Origin: an uncultured Opitutales bacterium
Lineage (GTDB): Bacteria > Verrucomicrobiota > Verrucomicrobiia > Opitutales > JBHJGM01
Length of the DNA: 64,000 nucleotides
Reading direction: 5' to 3'
Assembly: GCA_964405825.1 (NCBI GenBank)
Contig: CAYOPI010000003.1
Coordinates: forward strand, 33,180-97,179
Made by a program: the position numbers and the translations under genes. Below, in pieces: positions 1-9,717 of this stretch (positions are counted from its first letter, which is position 1; each line of letters opens with the position of its first letter). A model generated the notes under the pieces. The model was given only the letters and a program-made list of their open reading frames with translations. It ran no database searches and was not told the DNA's origin.

Positions 1-532
1 GCATCTCACAGATAATCTCAAAGTGGTCGTCCTCATCCTTGACGTCTTCGGCCCCGGCCTCGATCGCCACCTCCATCAGCTGTTCCTCGTCGGTCTTCTC
101 GCCGGCAATCAGAAACTGGCCCTTGCGCTGAAAGTTGAAGGCCAGCGCACCTGCCCCGGCCAGGTTGCCCCCGTGCTTGGAAAAGGTACTGCGCACCTCG
201 GCCGCGCTGCGGTTCTTGTTGTCGGTCGTCACCTCAACGATCAGCCCGACCCCGCCCGGCGCGTAACCTTCATAGGTCAGCTCCTCGATGATCATCCCGG
301 GCAACTCGCCCGTGCCCTTCTTGATCGCCTTGTCCACGTTGTCGCTGGGCATGTTGGCCTGCTTGGCCTTCTGCAACACCGTGCGCAGCCGCGGGTTGAA
401 GCCCGGATCACCGCCGCCGGAACGCGCCGCCAGCGTGATTTCCTTGCTGATGATCGAGAACATCTTGCCGCGCTTGGCGTCCACGGCCGCCTTGTGCCGC
501 TTGATGGTAGCCCATTTGCTGTGTCCGGACAT
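1..532 (-). CDS. yebC: YebC/PmpR (TACO1) family transcriptional regulator, 3' end cut by the window edge
   Basis: Not in the ORF track because it runs off the edge. My reverse-complement translation from the ATG at 532-530 reads MSGHSKWATIKRHKAAVDAKRGKMFSIISKEITLAARSGGGDPGFNPRLRTVLQKAKQANMP..., the canonical YebC N-terminus. Confidence 0.85.
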   Translation of the reverse strand, partial: MSGHSKWATIKRHKAAVDAKRGKMFSIISKEITLAARSGGGDPGFNPRLRTVLQKAKQANMPSDNVDKAIKKGTGELPGMIIEELTYEGYAPGGVGLIVEVTTDNKNRSAAEVRSTFSKHGGNLAGAGALAFNFQRKGQFLIAGEKTDEEQLMEVAIEAGAEDVKDEDDHFEIICEM

Positions 533-635
533 GACCTGAAAAAGTGGGTTGGCTGCAAGCGGAAGTACGCTGCCCGTCAGCGACTTCCAGAACATCCAAG
601 ACTGCCCGAAGGAGGCCCCGCTGGCGAGGAAAATC

Positions 636-2627
636 CTACTTGCGGGCCTTGCTGCGCGGACGCTGCGGGCTGCGCGAGCCGCCCCCGGAGCCCTTCTGGC
701 CCCCGCCGCCGCCGGCCTTCGTGCCGCCGCTGCTGCCACCGCCGGAGGAGCCCCCGGCCGCCGCCGCTTCGATGGCCACATCCTGCGGATCCTTCGAGCG
801 GTTCGTCAGCCACTGCTGGAAAATCCCCAGCACATTGCTCACCGTCCAGTACAGCACCAGCCCGCTGGCAAAACTGTACAGAAAGACCAGCAGCACCAGC
901 GGCATGAACTGGAAGATCGTGCGCTGCAGGTTGTCCGTCGACGGCGTCGGCGTCATGCGCATCTGAAAGAACATCGACAGCGCCATCAGGATCGGCAGCA
1001 GGTTGACCGGGAAGCCCCCAATCACAAACAGCTGGTCCTGCGCCGAGAGGTCATCGATCCACAGAAAGCCCGCGTAACGCAGTTCCGAGGCCGTGCGCAG
1101 CATGAAGAACAGCCCCAGGAAAATCGGCATCTGCACCAGCAGCGGCAGACAGCCCGCCGCCGGGTTGACCTTGTGCTCCTTGAACAGGCGCATGGTCTCC
1201 TTCTGCATCTTCTGCGGATTGTCCTTGTACTTCTCCCGCAGCTCCCGCATCGGCCCGGAAATCTTCTGCATCCGCTTGGCCGATTTTGTCTGCACCGCCG
1301 TCAGCGGCCAGAGGATCGCCTTCACGATGACCGTCAGCAGGATGATCGCCACGCCCCAGTTGCCCACGCCCCACTGCAGACCATTCAAGGCCAGCAGCAG
1401 CGGAATGCTGATCCAGGAGAACCAGCCAAACTGCATCACTTCGTCCTGATCGCCACCCAGTGCGGTCAGGCGCTGATATTCCTTCGGCCCGACGTAAAAG
1501 GCCGCTTCGAGCACCTGCGTCTCGCCCGGCCCCAATTCACCCAGGTCAACCCGCAGGGCCGCCTCCAGACCGGTTGCCTTGCGCCGGTCAAACTCGTCCG
1601 GGTCCAGCAGCAGATCGTCCACGTACAGGCGCGAGCCCACCGTCTCCGGACCCAGCGTCAGAATGCCGGCAAAGAACTGGTTCTTGACCGTGGCCCAGCG
1701 CGTGCCCGGGGTGTTCTCCAGCAGGACCTCCTGGCCCGGGCCCCCGCCAAACAGACCCAGAAAACCGCTGCTGGCAAAAAACTGCGTCACGCTGAAAAAG
1801 GTCGTCTCGTCGCCGTCGTAGACGCCCGCTGCCAGCGCCTCGGCCGCACCCACTCCGGCTGTCGGCGGCAGCGCTCCCAGCCCCAGAAAAAAGTTCAGCG
1901 GCACCACCGTATCTTCCCCACCGGCCCCCGGCTGGTAGGCGAACTCGCTCTTGTGGTTGATGATGTATTCCTCGCTCTCCTTGCCCTCGGGCTGCAGCGA
2001 GTACACCCGGCGGATGATCACCCCATCGGGGTCACGTCGCACAAAGGAAATGGCCAGCTGTTCCTCGTCCAGGGCCTCCAGCTTGAACTGCCGCAGACGC
2101 GTGCCGGGCCGATCCGCGGCACCGCCGGAGGGACGGCTCAGGCCCAGCGCAGGCTTGGCTCCGGGGGGGTTGAAGACCACCGGCACGTCCCCGTCGATCT
2201 CGGTCGGATAGGCCAGCTTGTCGCCTTCGCGGGCCACCAGCGCAACCTGCTCGATCGCCCCGCCGTCGTTCGTAAAAGTCACCTCGATGAAGCCGTTGCT
2301 GAGGGTGACCTTCTCTTCGGGCGGGGCCTCCTCCTCATCCACGCGCGTGCTCCGGCGCACCAGCGAGCCCTCGCCACCGTCCGCCGTCGGCGCGGGCTCG
2401 AGGGCGTCCGCGACCTCGGCCGGCGTCGTCTCCGTGGGCGCCGGCGCGGACCCATCCGAAGAGGCATCCTGCGGCGCTGGCGCAGGTGCAGCCTCGCCGG
2501 TTTCCTCGGTGGGCGCGGGTTCCCGGGCGGTGTCCTCGGGCGCAGGCGCCTCGGGCGCGGTAAACTGCAGCGACAGAAATGCCGCCATCAGCAACAGCAG
2601 TCCAATGATCAGATTCTTCTTATCCAT
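636..2627 (-). CDS. yidC: Membrane protein insertase YidC
   Basis: 663-aa ORF with an N-terminal TM (MDKKNLIIGLLLLMAAFLSLQF), a large periplasmic domain and a conserved C-terminal 60KD_IMP core (LWPLT...SAKRMQKI.P....LREKYKDNPQKMQKETMRLFKEHKVNP..GCLPLLVQMPIFLGLF). It ends in a basic Gly-rich tail and lies downstream of rpmH-rnpA-yidD. Confidence 0.95.
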   Translation of the reverse strand: MDKKNLIIGLLLLMAAFLSLQFTAPEAPAPEDTAREPAPTEETGEAAPAPAPQDASSDGSAPAPTETTPAEVADALEPAPTADGGEGSLVRRSTRVDEEEAPPEEKVTLSNGFIEVTFTNDGGAIEQVALVAREGDKLAYPTEIDGDVPVVFNPPGAKPALGLSRPSGGAADRPGTRLRQFKLEALDEEQLAISFVRRDPDGVIIRRVYSLQPEGKESEEYIINHKSEFAYQPGAGGEDTVVPLNFFLGLGALPPTAGVGAAEALAAGVYDGDETTFFSVTQFFASSGFLGLFGGGPGQEVLLENTPGTRWATVKNQFFAGILTLGPETVGSRLYVDDLLLDPDEFDRRKATGLEAALRVDLGELGPGETQVLEAAFYVGPKEYQRLTALGGDQDEVMQFGWFSWISIPLLLALNGLQWGVGNWGVAIILLTVIVKAILWPLTAVQTKSAKRMQKISGPMRELREKYKDNPQKMQKETMRLFKEHKVNPAAGCLPLLVQMPIFLGLFFMLRTASELRYAGFLWIDDLSAQDQLFVIGGFPVNLLPILMALSMFFQMRMTPTPSTDNLQRTIFQFMPLVLLVFLYSFASGLVLYWTVSNVLGIFQQWLTNRSKDPQDVAIEAAAAGGSSGGGSSGGTKAGGGGGQKGSGGGSRSPQRPRSKARK

Positions 2628-2674
2628 CCGCGTGGGGGCGTCTCAAAAAAGTCAGCTTGGGGGGACGGTGCGCT

Positions 2675-3010
2675 TCAACGCACCGCTTCGGTTGCCCGAC
2701 CGCTCGAGGGCCTGGTCGTTCCCGTCGGCGCGGATTCGCCCTTTCCAGGTACCGGATCGTGACCGCCAGGATGAAAGGGGTGGCAGCGCAGAATCCGCCG
2801 CAGCGACAGCCAGCTGCCCCGCCACGGTCCATGAGACCGCAGACTCTCCAGCGCGTACGCCGAACACGTCGGGTGAAAACGGCAGCCGCAGCTCGGCCCG
2901 AACAGCACGCGCTTCAGCGGTGAAAGCGTGTAGCGATAGACCTGCACCAGCGTTCGCAACAGCCAGACCAGAACGCGTTCAACCGACCGCCAAAGCAGAC
3001 CCAAGCTCAC
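2675..3010 (-). CDS. yidD: Membrane protein insertion efficiency factor YidD
   Basis: Motif YRYTLSPL....[45 protein letters not shown] place the start at the GTG at 3010-3008, which overlaps the rnpA TGA stop (GTGA). The 217-aa track ORF is an artefactual 5' extension into rnpA. Confidence 0.85.
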   Translation of the reverse strand: MSLGLLWRSVERVLVWLLRTLVQVYRYTLSPLKRVLFGPSCGCRFHPTCSAYALESLRSHGPWRGSWLSLRRILRCHPFHPGGHDPVPGKGESAPTGTTRPSSGRATEAVR

Positions 3011-3435
3011 GCCGATCCTCCCGCCTGGGCACCAGGGCCACCGCCCGGACGCCGCGCCCGCTTCATCGCCTTTTCCAAACCGCGCAGGTACGCCGACTCC
3101 AACGTTGCATAAGCCTCGGTCGCCACCGCCGGACGCATGATCACAACCACGTCGGCAGAGGCCGGCAGGACCTCCGGGTGACGCCGGAAAATCTCGCGAA
3201 AACGCCGCTTGGCGCGGTTGCGCACCACCGCGTTGCCCACCTTGCGCGAGGCCACCACGCCCAGCCGCGCGCCTTCGGGGCCATTGCCCTCGCGCCGCAG
3301 CCGCAGCCGTAGAAAAAAGGCGCCGCACTCGGCCCGCGCGCTGCGACCACGCACCGCCGCAAAATCCGCCGGGCGCTTGAGCCGCTGGACCGCACTCAAA
3401 CGCTGCGACACCGTCGCCATCGTCAATCCCGCCAT
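3007..3435 (-). CDS. rnpA: Ribonuclease P protein component
   Basis: Motif [15 protein letters not shown]......FFLRL...............[27 protein letters not shown]. Start chosen at the internal Met ([13 protein letters not shown]), 29 nt downstream of the rpmH stop; the exact start is uncertain (3435 or 3420). Confidence 0.85.
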   Translation of the reverse strand: MAGLTMATVSQRLSAVQRLKRPADFAAVRGRSARAECGAFFLRLRLRREGNGPEGARLGVVASRKVGNAVVRNRAKRRFREIFRRHPEVLPASADVVVIMRPAVATEAYATLESAYLRGLEKAMKRARRPGGGPGAQAGGSA

Positions 3436-3464
3436 CCCCGTCACTGCCTCAACCTGCCGGGGAC

Positions 3465-3599
3465 TCAACCGGCCAGGCGCTTGCGCCCCTTGCGCCGTCG
3501 ATCGGCCAGCACCTTGCGACCGCCGCGGGTCTGCTTGCGGGCACGAAACCCGCAACGGCGGGCGCGCTTGAGACGGGAGGGTCGGAAGGTCGGCTGCAT
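3465..3599 (-). CDS. rpmH: 50S ribosomal protein L34
   Basis: Below the ORF-track size cutoff. Hand translation of the reverse strand from ATG 3599-3597 gives [44 protein letters not shown] followed by a stop (44 aa), a canonical L34 sequence. Confidence 0.92.
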   Translation of the reverse strand: MQPTFRPSRLKRARRCGFRARKQTRGGRKVLADRRRKGRKRLAG

Positions 3600-3654
3600 G
3601 ACGGCTTTTCGGCTTGAATCAAAACGAGCAAAAAACCCCGTCCGGCCCCTGCTG

Positions 3655-4590
3655 TCAAGCCTCCTCGGGTGCGGCCATCAGCCGCCGGCAGGCCTCCAGA
3701 TAGCGCTCCTGCGTGCGCTCGACCACCGCCGGCGGCAGGTCCGGTCCGGGCGCGGTCTTGTCCCAGTCCAGACCTTCCAGGTAGTCGCGCACGTACTGCT
3801 TGTCGAAGGCCGGCTGGGTCCGGCCCGGCGCGTAGCCTTCCCGCGGCCAGTACCGCGATGAATCCGGCGTCAGCACTTCGTCGATCAGGTGAAGCCGTCC
3901 CTCGGCGTCGCGCCCAAACTCAAATTTCGTGTCGGCCAGGATCATCCCCCCGGCCTCCGCGACCTCGCTGCCCATCTGAAAAAGCGCCATCGACGCCGCC
4001 CGGACCGCCTCAAAGATCTCCTCACCAACGACTTCGCGCGCCTCAGCTTCGGTCAGAGGCAGGTCATGGCCCGCGCTGGCCTTGGTCGTGGGCGTAAAAA
4101 GCGCCTCCGGCAGCCGGGAGGACTCCGCCAACCCCTTTGGCAGCGCGTGCCCCTGCACCGATCCCTCCGCCTGATAGGCTTTCCAGCCGCTGCCCGCCAG
4201 ATAACCGCGCACCACCGCCTCCAGCGGCAGTGGCTCCATTCGCCGCACCAGCATCGAGCGCCCCAGCAACGCGCTGCCGCCCACCCGCATCAGCACGTCG
4301 GCCAAACGGTCCGTGTGGTCTGCCGCCAGATGATGCGGCATCACCGAGCCCGCCCGCTCAAACCACCACAGACTGATTTGCGTCAGGAGCACGCCCTTGC
4401 CCGGAATCCCCGCGGGCAAAATCACGTCAAAAGCCGACAGGCGGTCCGTTGCCACGATCAACAGGTGCTGCCCGTCGCCGGCGTCGAAGATCTCACGGAC
4501 CTTTCCCGAACCCAGGTGCTCCAGTTCCAACGCCGGCCTGCCCGTCAACGCCGGCCCCTGAATGGCTTTCTGCAACGCCTCCATCTGCAT
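3655..4590 (-). CDS. purC: Phosphoribosylaminoimidazole-succinocarboxamide (SAICAR) synthase
   Basis: Motifs [11 protein letters not shown]......[34 protein letters not shown] and LADTKFEFG. Start placed at the internal Met (MQMEALQ); the track ORF starts at 4626. Confidence 0.9.
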   Translation of the reverse strand: MQMEALQKAIQGPALTGRPALELEHLGSGKVREIFDAGDGQHLLIVATDRLSAFDVILPAGIPGKGVLLTQISLWWFERAGSVMPHHLAADHTDRLADVLMRVGGSALLGRSMLVRRMEPLPLEAVVRGYLAGSGWKAYQAEGSVQGHALPKGLAESSRLPEALFTPTTKASAGHDLPLTEAEAREVVGEEIFEAVRAASMALFQMGSEVAEAGGMILADTKFEFGRDAEGRLHLIDEVLTPDSSRYWPREGYAPGRTQPAFDKQYVRDYLEGLDWDKTAPGPDLPPAVVERTQERYLEACRRLMAAPEEA

Positions 4591-4726
4591 CCGCCCGATT
4601 TCGCCCGGCCCGTCCCGCCGGCGCAACCCCTGGCAGGCCCGAATCAGAAATTTCTTGCGCCCGAGGACCTCCGGTGTAGCGTTTCCTCTTTCCTGAAGGC
4701 GGCCTCGGCCGTTGGTTCAGACCACG

Positions 4727-4804
4727 TCCCCTTCGTCTAGGCAGGTCTAGGACTCTGGATTTTCATTCCAGCAACAGGGGTTCGAATCCCCTAGGGGACG
4801 CCAT
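4727..4804 (+). tRNA. tRNA-Glu (anticodon UUC), with encoded CCA
   Basis: 78-nt sequence GTCCCCTTCGTCTAGG...CTGGA-TTTTCAT-TCCAG...GGGGTTCGAATCCCCTAGGGGACGCCA. It has a 7-bp acceptor stem (GTCCCCT/AGGGGAC), an anticodon loop carrying TTC and a T-arm GGGGTTCGAATCCCC. It is almost identical in outline to E. coli tRNA-Glu. Confidence 0.95.
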
Positions 4805-4907
4805 TTTCACTGCCGGGGCGAGGTCAGAGGCGACGTTTCGGACCTATGTGTTTATGCGCCGGGCAACATCGAGCGGGCTTCATTCGTCAAAGGCGCGCAG
4901 GGCGCTC

Positions 4908-5660
4908 TCACTCGAGCGAGGGCGCTTGCGCCTCCTCGGAGGTGACGAGGGCCCACTCTTCCCGGACGACCGGGCGCAAGACGGTGACCAGATCCCGGTA
5001 GGTCTGGCGGGCCAGGTGGGTGCCGTCCTTGAGGAAGCGCTCGGCTTGAATCCGGCCCTGGTCGTCAAAAACGAGTTGGTTCATCTCGAAGTAGCGCACG
5101 TGAGCGTGCCGGGCGGCAAAGTCTGCCACGAGGGCGTTGACGGTGTCCACCCTGGGCCAGACAGGCTCGCGGCTGGGCGTCCTGGTGATGGAGAGGTAGA
5201 TGAAGCGGCACTGCGGGCTGACGCCGCGCACCTGCTGAACGAAGCGCTCAAAGTTCTTCGCGGTCATCTCGGCGGTGGCGCGGTGGACGAGGGTGTCGTT
5301 GCTGCCGCAGAAGAAGACGAGCAGACGCGGTCGATGCTTGAGAGCGAGGTCGTCAAGGAAGTGCAGGGCCTCCCAGGTGCGGGCCCCGCCAAAGCCGCGG
5401 TTGTAGACCGGCAGCGGCGCCATGTCCTCGGCAAGGGTGCGCCACATGCGGATGGTGCTGGAGCCGACAAAGAGGATGCTGCCGGGCGTGGGCGGCTCGG
5501 TGGCGTCGCGCTCGACAAGCTCGGCCATGGAGCGGGCGTTGGACGGCCCGATGGAAAAAGTCTGTCCGTCGATCTCGACCCTGGGCGGTGCGCCGGCGGC
5601 CAAAGGCACCACCAGGCTCAGCAATCCGAGCCAAGCCACAAAGACGGCGGTGGCGCGCAT
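4908..5660 (-). CDS. Secreted SGNH/GDSL-family hydrolase (esterase/lipase-like)
   Basis: Signal-peptide-like start MRATAVFVAWLGLLSLVVPLAAG. Block I is ILFVGSSTI (Ser), block II NRGFGG, block III FFCGSND and block V KDGTHL. An alternative upstream start exists at 5699. The 442-aa track ORF is an over-extension. Confidence 0.75.
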   Translation of the reverse strand: MRATAVFVAWLGLLSLVVPLAAGAPPRVEIDGQTFSIGPSNARSMAELVERDATEPPTPGSILFVGSSTIRMWRTLAEDMAPLPVYNRGFGGARTWEALHFLDDLALKHRPRLLVFFCGSNDTLVHRATAEMTAKNFERFVQQVRGVSPQCRFIYLSITRTPSREPVWPRVDTVNALVADFAARHAHVRYFEMNQLVFDDQGRIQAERFLKDGTHLARQTYRDLVTVLRPVVREEWALVTSEEAQAPSLE

Positions 5661-5961
5661 GGTTGGGAGGACAACGCTTTGAGGTCTGAGGGTTCGCATG
5701 GTGCAACAAAGGTACCACACCGACGCCGAGATGGGAAATGATGGGTTGGGCCGGTGGGATGCGTTGGGCAGAAAATGCGCGCGGCTGTTCAGTCGAAGAA
5801 AGAAACTGCACCGGTGCGTTGGCTGCGTTGGGTGGCGCCTGAGGATTGAGCACAAAAGATCGCAAGCGGGCGCAAAAAGGAGAACGAAGCGCGGCCCGGA
5901 ATGGAGATCCAGGCGGGTTGCGCCGCCGCTTCTTAGATAGGTTGCTCGCAGTCGGGGCAGG

Positions 5962-6240
5962 TCAGTTGCGGCCGTAGTATTCGTCGAGGACGCGTTGCTC
6001 GTACTTGTGGCCGAGCCAGCGCACCAGTTTGGAATCGTTGCCGGTGGCGCGCACGTTGGCCGCGGGGTCAGGGCCGCGGAGGCTCTGGGCATGTGAGTTC
6101 TGCCGCGCGAAGCAGCTCTGGGCAAAGGTCGAGGGGCGATCGAGCGACGGGCGGCGCTCGAAGTCGTTGAACTGCTCGAAGAGGAGAAAATCGGAGCCCC
6201 GGCCCGCGCAGCCGGAAAGCAGCAGCCCAATCGCAATCAT
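5962..6240 (-). CDS. Small hypothetical lipoprotein
   Basis: 92-aa ORF beginning MIAIGLLLSGC, which contains an L-S-G-C lipobox. I recognise no family. Confidence 0.45.
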   Translation of the reverse strand: MIAIGLLLSGCAGRGSDFLLFEQFNDFERRPSLDRPSTFAQSCFARQNSHAQSLRGPDPAANVRATGNDSKLVRWLGHKYEQRVLDEYYGRN

Positions 6241-6361
6241 CCAGACCTAGGACTTCATAGGAATAATGGCACGTTGAGGCACAGAGTCCCTTGCGGCAAC
6301 CTGAAAGGCTTTGAGTAGAAGGGGAAGGTTCAGGCATGCGCCGTGGTCGAGCTGGGTGTCC

Positions 6362-6393
6362 AAAGAAAACGCGGCGTCCGGGGTGGACGCCGC
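6362..6393 (-). terminator. Rho-independent terminator downstream of msrA
   Basis: Perfect 9-bp GC-rich stem (gcggcgtcc 6371-6379 pairing with ggacgccgc 6385-6393) with a 5-nt loop. On the minus strand it is followed by GTTTTCTTTG (6370-6361). It lies about 40 nt past the msrA stop. Confidence 0.65.
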
Positions 6394-6430
6394 GCCAGGT
6401 GGAAAGGCTGGTGGCGGAAGGTCGGGGGTG

Positions 6431-7051
6431 CTACCGGGCAAGGTCGAGCTTGCGGAGCTTGGGGGCGATGATGTAGCGGCAGTAGCCGTTGTTGGGGTTG
6501 TTGTCGAAGAAGTCCTGATGGTAACCCTCGGCCTCGAAGAAGGTGCCGGCGTCGTTGATCTCGGTGACGATCGGCACGACGAAATCCTTTTGGGCGAGCG
6601 TCTTGGACTTTTCGGCGATTTCGCGCTGCTGGGGCGAATGCACGAAGATGGCCGAGCGGTACTGCGGGCCGACGTCGTTGCCCTGGCGGTTGAGGGTGGT
6701 CGGATCGTGGGCCTGCCAGAAGACGCTGAGGATCTCATCGTAGCTGAGCTGATCGCCGTCGTACTCGATGCGGACGGCTTCGGCGTGACCGGTTTTCTTG
6801 CCGATGACTTGCTCGTAGGTCGGGTTTTCGACGTGTCCGCCGGTGTAGCCGCTGGTGACGGAGTAGACGCCGTCGATGCGCTCGAAGACGGCTTCGACGC
6901 ACCAGAAACAGCCCCCGGCAACGGTGGCAACCTGGAGGTTTTCGGGTTTTTCGGTCAGCATCTGTGCAGGTTTGATGGGTTCCTGGGAGCTGAGGTAAAG
7001 CGCTCCGCCAAACAGTCCGGCTGCCACGAGATAGATCAAGGCCTGTCGCAT
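6431..7051 (-). CDS. msrA: Peptide-methionine (S)-S-oxide reductase MsrA, with an N-terminal membrane anchor or signal
   Basis: Catalytic motif GGCFWCVEAVF and the sequence GV.SVTSGYTGG....PTYEQV..G.TGHAEAVRIEYD. The N-terminus is hydrophobic (MRQALIYLVAAGLFGGALYL). Confidence 0.92.
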   Translation of the reverse strand: MRQALIYLVAAGLFGGALYLSSQEPIKPAQMLTEKPENLQVATVAGGCFWCVEAVFERIDGVYSVTSGYTGGHVENPTYEQVIGKKTGHAEAVRIEYDGDQLSYDEILSVFWQAHDPTTLNRQGNDVGPQYRSAIFVHSPQQREIAEKSKTLAQKDFVVPIVTEINDAGTFFEAEGYHQDFFDNNPNNGYCRYIIAPKLRKLDLAR

Positions 7052-7132
7052 AAAAATCCTTTGGTACGGGTTGTTGGGCGTAAGAGCAACGCGGCGGGGG
7101 ATTTCTTCCCGCGAGGGAGGAAACGGGGTCGA

Positions 7133-7693
7133 TCAGCCCGCGGGGACGCCGCCTTCGAGGGCGAAGCAGCGGCGCTGCAGGTAGCGGGGGCGTTCGCCGG
7201 GGTGGCGGACGGTTTCGAGCAGGACGAAGCTCTCGACGCGGAAGGGGGCGGTGCCGAAGTCCTCGTTTCGCTTGAGGAACTGGCGGGCCTGCTCAAAGGA
7301 GAGGCCGTTGCAGCGGCCGAGGGTGATGTGGGGGTGGAAGGCGCGCTTGCCGGGGTCCAGGCCGAGGTTGAAGAGGTCGCTCTCGAGGCGCTGCTGCAAC
7401 TGGAAAAGGACGGGGTGGCCGCTGCCGAGACCGGCCCAGAGGACCTGCGGCGGGCCGCGTTCGGGGAAGCGCCCCACCCCGCTGGGCTCGAGCATGAAAG
7501 GCGGAAAACGGGCCTGCGCGAAGGCTTTGATGGCGGCCTCCTCGAAACCGGCGCCCGCCTCGCCGATGAACTTGAGGGTAAGGTGGAAGTTGGCCTCGGG
7601 CGTCCAGGAGACGCGCGGGAGCGGCTCGGCGACGGCGGCCAGGGCCTGACGCACGTAGTGCGGCAACTCAATGGCCACGAACAATCGGCGCAC
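7133..7693 (-). CDS. thpR: RNA 2',3'-cyclic phosphodiesterase (2H/LigT family)
   Basis: Starts MRRLFVAIELP and carries two H-x-T-x motifs (HLTLKF and HITLGR) with the spacing typical of ThpR/LigT. Confidence 0.85.
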   Translation of the reverse strand: MRRLFVAIELPHYVRQALAAVAEPLPRVSWTPEANFHLTLKFIGEAGAGFEEAAIKAFAQARFPPFMLEPSGVGRFPERGPPQVLWAGLGSGHPVLFQLQQRLESDLFNLGLDPGKRAFHPHITLGRCNGLSFEQARQFLKRNEDFGTAPFRVESFVLLETVRHPGERPRYLQRRCFALEGGVPAG

Positions 7694-7725
7694 CGTCGAA
7701 TCCCTCCCTGGCGGTTGGCGGGCGG

Positions 7726-9717
7726 CTAGCCCTCGGCGCGTTCGATGGCGTCCTTCTCGATGGCCTCGGCGAGCTGCTTGAGCGTTTCCTCGGCCTTGGC
7801 CTTGGCGCCGGACAGGTCGCCGGGTTCCTCGACGGGCTCGTGGGCGAAGGTGTAGAACTTGATTTTGGGTTCGGTGCCGGAACCACGGACGGCGTAACTG
7901 TAACCGCCGGCGAGCTCGAGGAAGAAGAAGTCCTCCTTGGGGATGGCCTTGCCGTCGGCGTCCTCGAGATCCTGCGTGCCGAAGTCGGTGACCTTCTCGA
8001 CGTCGAAGCCGCCCATGGACTCGGGGGCATCTTCGCGGTAGCTCTGGATGATGCGCCTGATCTTCCCGGAGCCCTCGGCGCCCTCGAAGTACAGGTTGAG
8101 GAGGCTCTCGCGGTAGTATCCGTACTTCTGATACAGGCCGTCGAGGTACTCCAGGACGGTGAGTTCGTTGCGCTTGAGGTAGGCGGCCAGCTCGCAGAAC
8201 ATGAGCACGGCGCTGTTGGCGTCCTTGTCGCGGACGCGGTCGCTGGCGAGGTAGCCGTAGCTCTCCTCGCCGCCAAAGACGTAATAGGTGCTGTAGTCCA
8301 GCAGGATCTGCACGCGGGTGGAGATGTCGGTGCCATCGTAGTCGATGACCAGGCCCTCTTCCTCAAGGAGGGCGGCGGCCATCTCCTGGGCGTAGAGGTG
8401 GAGCTTCTCGCCGATCCACTTGAAGCCGGTGAGGGTGTCGATGACCTTGAGGCCGTGCTCCTCGCCGATGGCCTTCTGCATCGGAGTGGTGACGAAGGTC
8501 TTGATCAGGGCGGCTTTTTCGGTGCCTTCCTCGGGCAGGATCTCCATCTCCTTCAAGGTGGTGATGCGGTACTCAGCCAGGAGGGAGCCGATGACGTTGC
8601 CGGTGAGCAGGACCCATTCGTCGTCCTCTTCGGGGCCGGGGACGGCCACGCCCATGCGGTCGGCGTCGGGGTCGGTGGCGAGGACAAGGTCGGCGTCCTC
8701 TTCGCGGGCGAGGGCGATGGCGACCTCGAGGGCTTCGGCGTTTTCGGGATTGGGCGACTTGACGGTGGGGAAACGCCCGTCGCCCTGGCCCTGGGATTCG
8801 GGGACGAGGGCCTCGACGCCGAAGCGCTTGAGGGCGGGGACCGCGGAAATGGCACCGGTGCCGTGAATGGGCGTAAAGACGACCCTGGGCGGGGAATCCT
8901 CGAGGACCTCATGGTCGAGGACGGTTTCTTCGAGCACCTCCTGATAGGCTTCGTCGATCTCCTTGCCGAGGACTGGGACGCCCTCCAGGTTGACCTTGAG
9001 GAAGGGGGGGATGTCCTCCAGGGCGACAGCGTTGACCTTTTCGAGGATGCCTTCGGCGTGAGGGGAGACGGTCTGGCCGCCGTCCTCGAAGTAGGCCTTG
9101 AAGCCGTTGTCCTCGGGGGGGTTGTGGCTGGCGGTGATCATCGCCCCGCAGGTGCAGCCCAGTTGGCGCACGGCAAAGCTGAGCTGGGGGGTCGAGCGCG
9201 GGCCGTCAAAGAGCAGGGCGATGCCGCCGAGGCGCGTCCAGGTCGAGGCGACCAACTCGGCGAAGTCGCGCGAGTAGTGGCGCACATCGTGGCTGATGAC
9301 GATCTTGGGCACCTCGAAGCGCATGGGGTCCTCGGCGAGGTAGGCCTGTGCGTAGCGGAAGAAGCCGATGGCCGCGCGCACGACGACGAAATCGTTGAGC
9401 ATGGCCGTGCCGACGCCGGGGTGCTCGGGCGCGCCGAGTTCGGAGGGGCGGCCCTGCTCGGCCTGGGTGGGCTTGGCCGCGATGGTTTTGCCGCGGATGC
9501 CGCCGGTGCCGAAGCTCAGCTGCTTGTAGAAGCGGTCGTTGAGGCTGTCCCAGTCGCCGGCTTCGATCAGCTCGGCGAGCGAGGCGAGGGCCCAGTCGGG
9601 CAGGAAACCGGCCTCCAGCCAGGCGCTCAGGTGGCTTGCGCTGCTCTCCAGCAGGCTTGCTTTCTTCTGGGCGGCACGCACCTGCGTGAGGAGATCGGCG
9701 GTATCGGCTACGGACAT
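7726..9717 (-). CDS. Phosphoglucomutase/phosphomannomutase-family phospho-sugar mutase
   Basis: Active-site Ser loop ITASHNPPEDNGFK, metal loop TDPDADR and sugar-binding GGEESYGY. Confidence 0.88.
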   Translation of the reverse strand: MSVADTADLLTQVRAAQKKASLLESSASHLSAWLEAGFLPDWALASLAELIEAGDWDSLNDRFYKQLSFGTGGIRGKTIAAKPTQAEQGRPSELGAPEHPGVGTAMLNDFVVVRAAIGFFRYAQAYLAEDPMRFEVPKIVISHDVRHYSRDFAELVASTWTRLGGIALLFDGPRSTPQLSFAVRQLGCTCGAMITASHNPPEDNGFKAYFEDGGQTVSPHAEGILEKVNAVALEDIPPFLKVNLEGVPVLGKEIDEAYQEVLEETVLDHEVLEDSPPRVVFTPIHGTGAISAVPALKRFGVEALVPESQGQGDGRFPTVKSPNPENAEALEVAIALAREEDADLVLATDPDADRMGVAVPGPEEDDEWVLLTGNVIGSLLAEYRITTLKEMEILPEEGTEKAALIKTFVTTPMQKAIGEEHGLKVIDTLTGFKWIGEKLHLYAQEMAAALLEEEGLVIDYDGTDISTRVQILLDYSTYYVFGGEESYGYLASDRVRDKDANSAVLMFCELAAYLKRNELTVLEYLDGLYQKYGYYRESLLNLYFEGAEGSGKIRRIIQSYREDAPESMGGFDVEKVTDFGTQDLEDADGKAIPKEDFFFLELAGGYSYAVRGSGTEPKIKFYTFAHEPVEEPGDLSGAKAKAEETLKQLAEAIEKDAIERAEG

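Noticed and set aside
549-2762. 737-aa plus-strand ORF antisense to yidC. Similar very long antisense ORFs occur at 7840-9738, 12068-13942, 19944-21860, 28522-29787, 52899-55082 and 58942-62451.
   Set aside because: Their translations are Arg/Ala/Gly/Pro/His-rich low-complexity sequences with no motifs. Each lies exactly opposite a gene with strong family signatures. Stop codons are rare in the antisense frames of high-GC coding DNA, so these are expected artefacts.
3600-3654. Possible intrinsic terminator after purC (a run of A on the plus strand, so T on the minus strand, next to the GC-rich segment ccccgtccggcccc).
   Set aside because: The GC-rich segment is not self-complementary beyond a 3-bp CCG/CGG stem, so it does not form a convincing hairpin. 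It may simply be the rpmH promoter region.
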